Part shown: positions 1 to 10,793 of the stretch, piece after piece
Position numbering within the stretch: the first letter of the stretch is position 1
How the letters are laid out: each line of letters begins with the position of its first letter
Assembly (NCBI GenBank): GCA_965178125.1
Contig: OZ237747.1
Location: forward strand, 1-64,000
Direction: 5' to 3'
DNA: 64,000 nt
DNA from: Bilabrum cf. latius
Taxonomy: Eukaryota
Position numbers and translations under genes: made by a program
The notes under the pieces: model-generated
The model's database searches: none
Told to the model about the DNA's origin: nothing
Seen by the model: the letters and a program-made list of their open reading frames with translations, nothing else

Positions 1-247
1 ACCCTAACCCTAACCCTAACCCTAACCCTAACCCTAACCCTAACCCTAACCCTAACCCTAACCCTAACCCTAACCCTAACCCTAACCCTAACCCTAACCC
101 TAACCCTAACCCTAACCCTAACCCTAACCCTAACCCTAACCCTAACCCTAACCCTAACCCTAACCCTAACCCTAACCCTAACCCTAACCCTAACCCTAAC
201 CCTAACCCTAACCCTAACCCTAACCCTAACCCTAACCCTAACCCTAA
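1..247 (+). repeat. Terminal telomeric tract (CCCTAA)n; C-rich strand on +, chromosome end to the left
   Basis: 41 perfect CCCTAA units at 2-247. Confidence 0.95.
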
Positions 248-3200
248 ACCCTGTGAAATTCTTCATACACCCATATCGGCGCCGCGCGGCCAGAACGGAA
301 CCTGGGGAATATTTGGCCCATGTTTTGCCCCCAGGCCGTCCCGATGCAGTTTGAACGGTCTTCATATCACCTGTAGTTGCCGAGATCGTAGCACGTCGTT
401 TTTCGGTGTGAAATTCTTCATACACCCATATCGGCGCCGCGCGGCCAGAACGGAACCTGGGGAACATTTGGCCCATGTTGTGCCCCCAGGCCGTCCCGAT
501 GCAGTTTGAACGGTCTTCATATCACCTGTAGTTGCCGAGATCGTAGCACGTCGTTTTTCGGTGTGAAATTCTTCATACACCCATATCGGCGCCGCGCGGC
601 CAGAACGGAACCTGGGGAACATTTGGCCCATGTTGTGCCCCCAGGCCGTCCCGATGCAGTTTGAACGGTCTTCATATCACCTGTAGTTGCCGAGATCGTA
701 GCACGTCGTTTTTCGGTGTGAAATTCTTCATACACCCATATCGGCGCCGCGCGGCCAGAACGGAACCTGGGGAACATTTGGCCCATGTTGTGCCCCCAGG
801 CCGTCCCGATGCAGTTTGAACGGTCTTCATATCACCTGTAGTTGCCGAGATCGTAGCACGTCGTTTTTCGACAAATATTGAAGATGAAAATATTTTTTCC
901 CCGACCCTGTCCCTGACTTTATATTAGATACCCTAACCCTAACCCTAACCCTAACCCTAACCCTAACCCTAACCCTAACCCTAACCCTAACCCTAACCCT
1001 AACCCTAACCCTAACCCTAACCCTAACCCTAACCCTAACCCTAACCCTAACCCTAACCCTAACCCTAACCCTAACCCTAACCCTAACCCTAACCCTAACC
1101 CTAACCCTAACCCTAACCCTAACCCTAACCCTAACCCTAACCCTAACCCTAACCCTAACCCTAACCCTAACCCTAACCCTAACCCTAACCCTAACCCTAA
1201 CCCTAACCCTAACCCTAACCCTAACCCTAACCCTAACCCTAACCCTAACCCTAACCCTAACCCTAACCCTAACCCTAACCCTAACCCTAACCCTAACCCT
1301 AACCCTAACCCTAACCCTAACCCTAACCCTAACCCTAACCCTAACCCTAACCCTAACCCTAACCCTAACCCTAACCCTAACCCTAACCCTAACCCTAACC
1401 CTAACCCTAACCCTAACCCTAACCCTAACCCTAACCCTAACCCTAACCCTAACCCTAACCCTAACCCTAACCCTAACCCTAACCCTAACCCTAACCCTAA
1501 CCCTAACCCTAACCCTAACCCTAACCCTAACCCTAACCCTAACCCTAACCCTAACCCTAACCCTAACCCTAACCCTAACCCTAACCCTAACCCTAACCCT
1601 AACCCTAACCCTAACCCTAACCCTAACCCTAACCCTAAACCCTGTGAAATTCTTCATACACCCATATCGGCGCCGCGCGGCCAGAACGGAACCTGGGGAA
1701 TATTTGGCCCATGTTTTGCCCCCAGGCCGTCCCGATGCAGTTTGAACGGTCTTCATATCACCTGTAGTTGCCGAGATCGTAGCACGTCGTTTTTCGGTGT
1801 GAAATTCTTCATACACCCATATCGGCGCCGCGCGGCCAGAACGGAACCTGGGGAACATTTGGCCCATGTTGTGCCCCCAGGCCGTCCCGATGCAGTTTGA
1901 ACGGTCTTCATATCACCTGTAGTTGCCGAGATCGTAGCACGTCGTTTTTCGGTGTGAAATTCTTCATACACCCATATCGGCGCCGCGCGGCCAGAACGGA
2001 ACCTGGGGAACATTTGGCCCATGTTGTGCCCCCAGGCCGTCCCGATGCAGTTTGAACGGTCTTCATATCACCTGTAGTTGCCGAGATCGTAGCACGTCGT
2101 TTTTCGGTGTGAAATTCTTCATACACCCATATCGGCGCCGCGCGGCCAGAACGGAACCTGGGGATGCAGTTTGAACGGTCTTCATATCACCTGTAGTTGC
2201 CGAGATCGTAGCACGTCGTTTTTCGACAAATATTGAAGATGAAAATATTTTTTCCCCGACCCTGTCCCTGACTTTATATTAGATACCCTAACCCTAACCC
2301 TAACCCTAACCCTAACCCTAACCCTAACCCTAACCCTAACCCTAACCCTAACCCTAACCCTAACCCTAACCCTAACCCTAACCCTAACCCTAACCCTAAC
2401 CCTAACCCTAACCCTAACCCTAACCCTAACCCTAACCCTAACCCTAACCCTAACCCTAACCCTAACCCTAACCCTAACCCTAACCCTAACCCTAACCCTA
2501 ACCCTAACCCTAACCCTAACCCTAACCCTAACCCTAACCCTAACCCTAACCCTAACCCTAACCCTAACCCTAACCCTAACCCTAACCCTAACCCTAACCC
2601 TAACCCTAACCCTAACCCTAACCCTAACCCTAACCCTAACCCTAACCCTAACCCTAACCCTAACCCTAACCCTAACCCTAACCCTAACCCTAACCCTAAC
2701 CCTAACCCTAACCCTAACCCTAACCCTAACCCTAACCCTAACCCTAACCCTAACCCTAACCCTAACCCTAACCCTAACCCTAACCCTAACCCTAACCCTA
2801 ACCCTAACCCTAACCCTAACCCTAACCCTAACCCTAACCCTAACCCTAACCCTAACCCTAACCCTAACCCTAACCCTAACCCTAACCCTAACCCTAACCC
2901 TAACCCTAACCCTAACCCTAACCCTAACCCTAACCCTAACCCTAACCCTAACCCTAACCCTAACCCTAACCCTAACCCTAACCCTAACCCTAACCCTAAA
3001 CCCTGTGAAATTCTTCATACACCCATATCGGCGCCGCGCGGCCAGAACGGAACCTGGGGAATATTTGGCCCATGTTTTGCCCCCAGGCCGTCCCGATGCA
3101 GTTTGAACGGTCTTCATATCACCTGTAGTTGCCGAGATCGTAGCACGTCGTTTTTCGGTGTGAAATTCTTCATACACCCATATCGGCGCCGCGCGGCCAG

Positions 3201-6200
3201 AACGGAACCTGGGGAACATTTGGCCCATGTTGTGCCCCCAGGCCGTCCCGATGCAGTTTGAACGGTCTTCATATCACCTGTAGTTGCCGAGATCGTAGCA
3301 CGTCGTTTTTCGGTGTGAGTGTGAAATTCTTCATACACCCATATCGGCGCCGCGCGGCCAGAACGGAACCTGGGGAACATTTGGCCCATGTTGTGCCCCC
3401 AGGCCGTCCCGATGCAGTTTGAACGGTCTTCATATCACCTGTAGTTGCCGAGATCGTAGCACGTCGTTTTTCGGTGTGAAATTCTTCATACACCCATATC
3501 GGCGCCGCGCGGCCAGAACGGAACCTGGGGAACATTTGGCCCATGTTGTGCCCCCAGGCCGTCCCGATGCAGTTTGAACGGTCTTCATATCACCTGTAGT
3601 TGCCGAGATCGTAGCACGTCGTTTTTCGACAAATATTGAAGATGAAAATATTTTTTCCCCGACCCTGTCCCTGACTTTATATTAGATACCCTAACCCTAA
3701 CCCTAACCCTAACCCTAACCCTAACCCTAACCCTAACCCTAACCCTAACCCTAACCCTAACCCTAACCCTAACCCTAACCCTAACCCTAACCCTAACCCT
3801 AACCCTAACCCTAACCCTAACCCTAACCCTAACCCTAACCCTAACCCTAACCCTAACCCTAACCCTAACCCTAACCCTAACCCTAACCCTAACCCTAACC
3901 CTAACCCTAACCCTAACCCTAACCCTAACCCTAACCCTAACCCTAACCCTAACCCTAACCCTAACCCTAACCCTAACCCTAACCCTAACCCTAACCCTAA
4001 CCCTAACCCTAACCCTAACCCTAACCCTAACCCTAACCCTAACCCTAACCCTAACCCTAACCCTAACCCTAACCCTAACCCTAACCCTAACCCTAACCCT
4101 AACCCTAACCCTAACCCTAACCCTAACCCTAACCCTAACCCTAACCCTAACCCTAACCCTAACCCTAACCCTAACCCTAACCCTAACCCTAACCCTAACC
4201 CTAACCCTAACCCTAACCCTAACCCTAACCCTAACCCTAACCCTAACCCTAACCCTAACCCTAACCCTAACCCTAACCCTAACCCTAACCCTAACCCTAA
4301 CCCTAACCCTAACCCTAACCCTAACCCTAACCCTAACCCTAACCCTAACCCTAACCCTAACCCTAACCCTAACCCTAACCCTAACCCTAACCCTAACCCT
4401 AAACCCTGTGAAATTCTTCATACACCCATATCGGCGCCGCGCGGCCAGAACGGAACCTGGGGAATATTTGGCCCATGTTTTGCCCCCAGGCCGTCCCGAT
4501 GCAGTTTGAACGGTCTTCATATCACCTGTAGTTGCCGAGATCGTAGCACGTCGTTTTTCGGTGTGAAATTCTTCATACACCCATATCGGCGCCGCGCGGC
4601 CAGAACGGAACCTGGGGAACATTTGGCCCATGTTGTGCCCCCAGGCCGTCCCGATGCAGTTTGAACGGTCTTCATATCACCTGTAGTTGCCGAGATCGTA
4701 GCACGTCGTTTTTCGGTGTGAAATTCTTCATACACCCATATCGGCGCCGCGCGGCCAGAACGGAACCTGGGGAACATTTGGCCCATGTTGTGCCCCCAGG
4801 CCGTCCCGATGCAGTTTGAACGGTCTTCATATCACCTGTAGTTGCCGAGATCGTAGCACGTCGTTTTTCGGTGTGAAATTCTTCATACACCCATATCGGC
4901 GCCGCGCGGCCAGAACGGAACCTGGGGAACATTTGGCCCATGTTGTGCCCCCAGGCCGTCCCGATGCAGTTTGAACGGTCTTCATATCACCTGTAGTTGC
5001 CGAGATCGTAGCACGTCGTTTTTCGACAAATATTGAAGATGAAAATATTTTTTCCCCGACCCTGTCCCTGACTTTATATTAGATACCCTAACCCTAACCC
5101 TAACCCTAACCCTAACCCTAACCCTAACCCTAACCCTAACCCTAACCCTAACCCTAACCCTAACCCTAACCCTAACCCTAACCCTAACCCTAACCCTAAC
5201 CCTAACCCTAACCCTAACCCTAACCCTAACCCTAACCCTAACCCTAACCCTAACCCTAACCCTAACCCTAACCCTAACCCTAACCCTAACCCTAACCCTA
5301 ACCCTAACCCTAACCCTAACCCTAACCCTAACCCTAACCCTAACCCTAACCCTAACCCTAACCCTAACCCTAACCCTAACCCTAACCCTAACCCTAACCC
5401 TAACCCTAACCCTAACCCTAACCCTAACCCTAACCCTAACCCTAACCCTAACCCTAACCCTAACCCTAACCCTAACCCTAACCCTAACCCTAACCCTAAC
5501 CCTAACCCTAACCCTAACCCTAACCCTAACCCTAACCCTAACCCTAACCCTAACCCTAACCCTAACCCTAACCCTAACCCTAACCCTAACCCTAACCCTA
5601 ACCCTAACCCTAACCCTAACCCTAACCCTAACCCTAACCCTAACCCTAACCCTAACCCTAACCCTAACCCTAACCCTAACCCTAACCCTAACCCTAACCC
5701 TAACCCTAACCCTAACCCTAACCCTAACCCTAACCCTAACCCTAACCCTAACCCTAACCCTAACCCTAACCCTAACCCTAACCCTAACCCTAACCCTAAA
5801 CCCTGTGAAATTCTTCATACACCCATATCGGCGCCGCGCGGCCAGAACGGAACCTGGGGAATATTTGGCCCATGTTTTGCCCCCAGGCCGTCCCGATGCA
5901 GTTTGAACGGTCTTCATATCACCTGTAGTTGCCGAGATCGTAGCACGTCGTTTTTCGGTGTGAAATTCTTCATACACCCATATCGGCGCCGCGCGGCCAG
6001 AACGGAACCTGGGGAACATTTGGCCCATGTTGTGCCCCCAGGCCGTCCCGATGCAGTTTGAACGGTCTTCATATCACCTGTAGTTGCCGAGATCGTAGCA
6101 CGTCGTTTTTCGGTGTGAAATTCTTCATACACCCATATCGGCGCCGCGCGGCCAGAACGGAACCTGGGGAACATTTGGCCCATGTTGTGCCCCCAGGCCG

Positions 6201-7825
6201 TCCCGATGCAGTTTGAACGGTCTTCATATCACCTGTAGTTGCCGAGATCGTAGCACGTCGTTTTTCGGTGTGAAATTCTTCATACACCCATATCGGCGCC
6301 GCGCGGCCAGAACGGAACCTGGGGAACATTTGGCCCATGTTGTGCCCCCAGGCCGTCCCGATGCAGTTTGAACGGTCTTCATATCACCTGTAGTTGCCGA
6401 GATCGTAGCACGTCGTTTTTCGACAAATATTGAAGATGAAAATATTTTTTCCCCGACCCTGTCCCTGACTTTATATTAGATACCCTAACCCTAACCCTAA
6501 CCCTAACCCTAACCCTAACCCTAACCCTAACCCTAACCCTAACCCTAACCCTAACCCTAACCCTAACCCTAACCCTAACCCTAACCCTAACCCTAACCCT
6601 AACCCTAACCCTAACCCTAACCCTAACCCTAACCCTAACCCTAACCCTAACCCTAACCCTAACCCTAACCCTAACCCTAACCCTAACCCTAACCCTAACC
6701 CTAACCCTAACCCTAACCCTAACCCTAACCCTAACCCTAACCCTAACCCTAACCCTAACCCTAACCCTAACCCTAACCCTAACCCTAACCCTAACCCTAA
6801 CCCTAACCCTAACCCTAACCCTAACCCTAACCCTAACCCTAACCCTAACCCTAACCCTAACCCTAACCCTAACCCTAACCCTAACCCTAACCCTAACCCT
6901 AACCCTAACCCTAACCCTAACCCTAACCCTAACCCTAACCCTAACCCTAACCCTAACCCTAACCCTAACCCTAACCCTAACCCTAACCCTAACCCTAACC
7001 CTAACCCTAACCCTAACCCTAACCCTAACCCTAACCCTAACCCTAACCCTAACCCTAACCCTAACCCTAACCCTAACCCTAACCCTAACCCTAACCCTAA
7101 CCCTAACCCTAACCCTAACCCTAACCCTAACCCTAACCCTAACCCTAACCCTAACCCTAACCCTAACCCTAACCCTAACCCTAACCCTAACCCTAAACCC
7201 TGTGAAATTCTTCATACACCCATATCGGCGCCGCGCGGCCAGAACGGAACCTGGGGAATATTTGGCCCATGTTTTGCCCCCAGGCCGTCCCGATGCAGTT
7301 TGAACGGTCTTCATATCACCTGTAGTTGCCGAGATCGTAGCACGTCGTTTTTCGGTGTGAAATTCTTCATACACCCATATCGGCGCCGCGCGGCCAGAAC
7401 GGAACCTGGGGAACATTTGGCCCATGTTGTGCCCCCAGGCCGTCCCGATGCAGTTTGAACGGTCTTCATATCACCTGTAGTTGCCGAGATCGTAGCACGT
7501 CGTTTTTCGGTGTGAAATTCTTCATACACCCATATCGGCGCCGCGCGGCCAGAACGGAACCTGGGGAACATTTGGCCCATGTTGTGCCCCCAGGCCGTCC
7601 CGATGCAGTTTGAACGGTCTTCATATCACCTGTAGTTGCCGAGATCGTAGCACGTCGTTTTTCGGTGTGAAATTCTTCATACACCCATATCGGCGCCGCG
7701 CGGCCAGAACGGAACCTGGGGAACATTTGGCCCATGTTGTGCCCCCAGGCCGTCCCGATGCAGTTTGAACGGTCTTCATATCACCTGTAGTTGCCGAGAT
7801 CGTAGCACGTCGTTTTTCGACAAAA
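248..7825 (+). repeat. Telomeric higher-order repeat, unit ~1397 bp = 4 x 155-bp monomer + 60-bp linker + (CCCTAA)118-119; about 5.5 copies
   Basis: Satellite blocks at 248-930, 1639-2285, 3000-3688, 4403-5085, 5800-6482, 7197-7825. Telomeric tracts at 931-1638 (118 units) and 2286-2999, 3689-4402, 5086-5799, 6483-7196 (119 units each). Confidence 0.97.
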
Positions 7826-8263
7826 CCCTAACCCTAACCCTAACCCTAACCCTAACCCTAACCCTAACCCTAACCCTAACCCTAACCCTAACCCTAACCC
7901 TAACCCTAACCCTAACCCTAACCCTAACCCTAACCCTAACCCTAACCCTAACCCTAACCCTAACCCTAACCCTAACCCTAACCCTAACCCTAACCCTAAC
8001 CCTAACCCTAACCCTAACCCTAACCCTAACCCTAACCCTAACCCTAACCCTAACCCTAACCCTAACCCTAACCCTAACCCTAACCCTAACCCTAACCCTA
8101 ACCCTAACCCTAACCCTAACCCTAACCCTAACCCTAACCCTAACCCTAACCCTAACCCTAACCCTAACCCTAACCCTAACCCTAACCCTAACCCTAACCC
8201 TAACCCTAACCCTAACCCTAACCCTAACCCTAACCCTAACCCTAACCCTAACCCTAACCCTAA
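7826..8263 (+). repeat. Innermost long telomeric tract (CCCTAA)73
   Basis: Perfect hexamer repeats joined directly to the last 155-bp monomer without the 60-bp linker. Confidence 0.95.
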
Positions 8264-9707
8264 CTTCCGGATGGACCACTAGGCGAAACCGCTCCTAGAA
8301 GGTTTTCACCAATTCTGCGGAACCGGCGCCGCATCGCATGATGACACGCCCAAATTACCGTGTAGGACTTCTATGATCCAGAGCTATCGAATGATATAAG
8401 TCTCGATTTGTGAATCGAAATTTGAATTTTCGCCAACCGCCAACCTACAAGTAGCCCTGGCACAGCTGGGTGCCAACCGCCAACCTGGGCATATCTCGCT
8501 CAATATTGGAAATGAGTGCCGCCAACCAACCATAAATCAGCTCTACTGATCAAGGGCTATCTAAATATATATAATGTGCGGCGTTTTTTTTTTTTTGGTC
8601 AAAAAAAGGGCGTGCCCCGATCCTAACATGACCCCCAGATACCCTAACCCTAACCCTAACCCTAACCATCAAAGTGATCTACTCATCGACACGCATCCGA
8701 TGGGACCACTCAATATCGACTCCGGATGGACCACTAGGCGAAACCGCTCCTAGAAGGAGTTTTCACCAATCCTGCGGAACTGGCGCCGCGAATGCCCAAC
8801 CAGGGCACACAAGCTATGCATACCATATTGTTGGCCATTTCTGATAACCACATAGACAATCAAACGGCCATTCGTCTTTGAACATGCCTAAAACGACCTG
8901 CCAAAATCATCCGCTCAACTGGTGACCCTAAACCTCCCCATATCTCACTCAATATTGGAAATGAGTGCCGCCAACCAACCATAAATCAGCTCTACTGATC
9001 AAGGGCTATCTAAATATATATAATGTGCGGCGTTTTTTTTTTTTGGTCAAAAAAAGGGCGTGCCCCGATCCTAACATGACCCCCAGATACCCTAACCCTA
9101 ACCCTAACCCTAACCTAACCTACCAATGGTGTCCATGCATATCGACTCCGGATCTACCCCAAAGCGTCACACGGCCCTGACGGATTTCACTGACCCTGCG
9201 GAACCGCGGCGCCGCCACACCTGACGCCACCTGACGTGTGTTCCCTGCGCTCCACGTATCTCAATACATCATCTGCATCGAAAACCAAATATCAAACGCT
9301 CATCTGTAGATCTGTACATGCACGAATGTACAACTGCGTTTGAGGGCTGATTTTGCCAAACGCAGTTGCGGGAAAAAGTGCGTTTGGCCCCATATCTCGG
9401 CCGCAACACATGCAATCGCTGCGTTTCAAGTGTCTAATCGTATGTACACATCGCGGGGCACACAATGGTGTCCATGCATATCGACTCCGGATCTACCCCA
9501 AAGCGTCACACGGCACTGACGGATTTCACTGACCCTGCGGAACCGCGGCGCCGCGGAGAGTTATGACCCAACTCAGAATTGTAACCTAGGTTTTCAAGCA
9601 TGCACTATCAGAATATATGGGTCTTGTTCCCTAAAGCAGGCTAGCGTAAAAGCCGAAAATGGCCGACCCTAAGTATAAGTTGACCCCCTGATACCCTAAC
9701 CCTAACC
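8264..9707 (+). repeat. Three related subtelomeric modules (A 8264-8641, B 8668-9089, C ~9124-9693), each ending GATA followed by 2-4 CCCTAA units
   Basis: A and B share a ~150-bp 3' end (8490-8641 vs 8939-9089) and a 5' segment (8266-8332 vs 8721-8789). C has an internal ~90-bp duplication (9124-9215 vs 9463-9554) and shares the ATATCGACTCCGGAT (with B) and CTGCGGAAC..GGCGCCGC motifs. Confidence 0.85.
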
Positions 9708-10097
9708 ATGTGTGCGCCAGTGGGTGGGTGGGGCGTGGGCGCCCTGGGTGGTGACATGGGCAGAGGGCAGGTGTGCCATGTGTGCGCCAGTGGGTGGGTG
9801 GAGCGTGGGCGCCCTGGGTGGTGACATGGGCAGTGCGCAGGTGTGCCATGTGTGCGCCAGTGGGTGGGTGGAGCGTGGGCGCCCTGGGTGGTGACATGGG
9901 CAGTGCGCAGGTGTGCCATGTGTGCGCCAGTGGGTGGGTGGAGCGTGGGCGCCCTGGGTGGTGACATGGGCAGTGCGCAGGTGTGCCGTGTGTGCGCCAG
10001 TGGGTGGGTGGAGCGTGGGCGCCCTGGGTGGTGACATGGGCAGAGGGCAGGTGTGCCGTGTGTGCGCCAGTGGGTGGGTGGAGCGTGGGCGCCCTGG
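9706..10097 (+). repeat. G-rich 70-bp minisatellite, ~5.6 copies
   Basis: Unit CCATGTGTGCGCCAGTGGGTGGGTGGAGCGTGGGCGCCCTGGGTGGTGACATGGGCAGTGCGCAGGTGTG with few substitutions. Confidence 0.95.
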
Positions 10098-10278
10098 ATG
10101 TTGACATCGACGTGATTTCTGGTGTTATACCAGGCTAATTTCAACCATTAGGAATAATTAACTTGCAACGTGGCTGTAGCTAAGGCGCGGCGCCGACCAA
10201 CGATGCGAGATTCGGAGCCGACCACGACGCGCGAAGCACAACGTGTGAAACATATCAACCGAGTTGTCGTGGCTAACT

Positions 10279-10668
10279 ATGGATCTTGGCACCATGATGA
10301 TTGTACCAATGCTGTGCGTGCTTGCAGCTGGCTTGTAGCTGCATTACATCAAGATCATCTTCGCGTTCATTGGGAATGCTGCCAAATCCAAGTTTCTGCA
10401 GGCGGCCTCGCTTGGCCCAGCGACAGACTTCGTGCATCGCGCCGCAAAGTACGTCCACCCGATTCTGTCTTCTGTGCTTGGAGTCGGAAAATCTGGTACC
10501 CTCTCGTTCAAGTTTAGCGATGTGCTGACAATGGCAGCAGTGGTGGGAATGGCTTACCTTGCAACGCAGCTGGTCTCCGGCGAGGAGGAGAACTCGAAGC
10601 CCAGCAAGGGAAAGAAGAGCGGCAACAAGGTGCCCAAGGCTTCTAAGGAAGGCAAAAAGAATGATTGA
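10279..10668 (+). CDS. Small membrane protein with Lys-rich tail (129 aa, one in-frame TAG at 10336)
   Basis: MDLGTMMIVPMLCVLAAGL*LHYIKIIF... runs into ORF 10432-10668; two hydrophobic segments; TGA stop. Confidence 0.7.
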
Positions 10669-10793
10669 TTGCATCGCTGCCGCGTTTTGCCGATTGGTTT
10701 GCGAGGCGATGGTAATATCAGTTTCGATTTGACAGACAGTTAGCTTTGACAATCACGCGATCTCGCATACAACACCGTTTCTACAAACGTCTA

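Noticed and set aside
248-7825. CRISPR array or telomere-integrated herpesvirus terminus
   Set aside because: Units are near-identical with no unique spacers, and there are no cas or viral genes; flanking genes are intron-containing eukaryotic housekeeping genes.
362-8298. Repeated 89-aa and poly-RV/poly-TL ORFs
   Set aside because: They are translations of the 155-bp satellite and telomeric hexamers; the monomer length is not a multiple of 3 and there is no domain signal.
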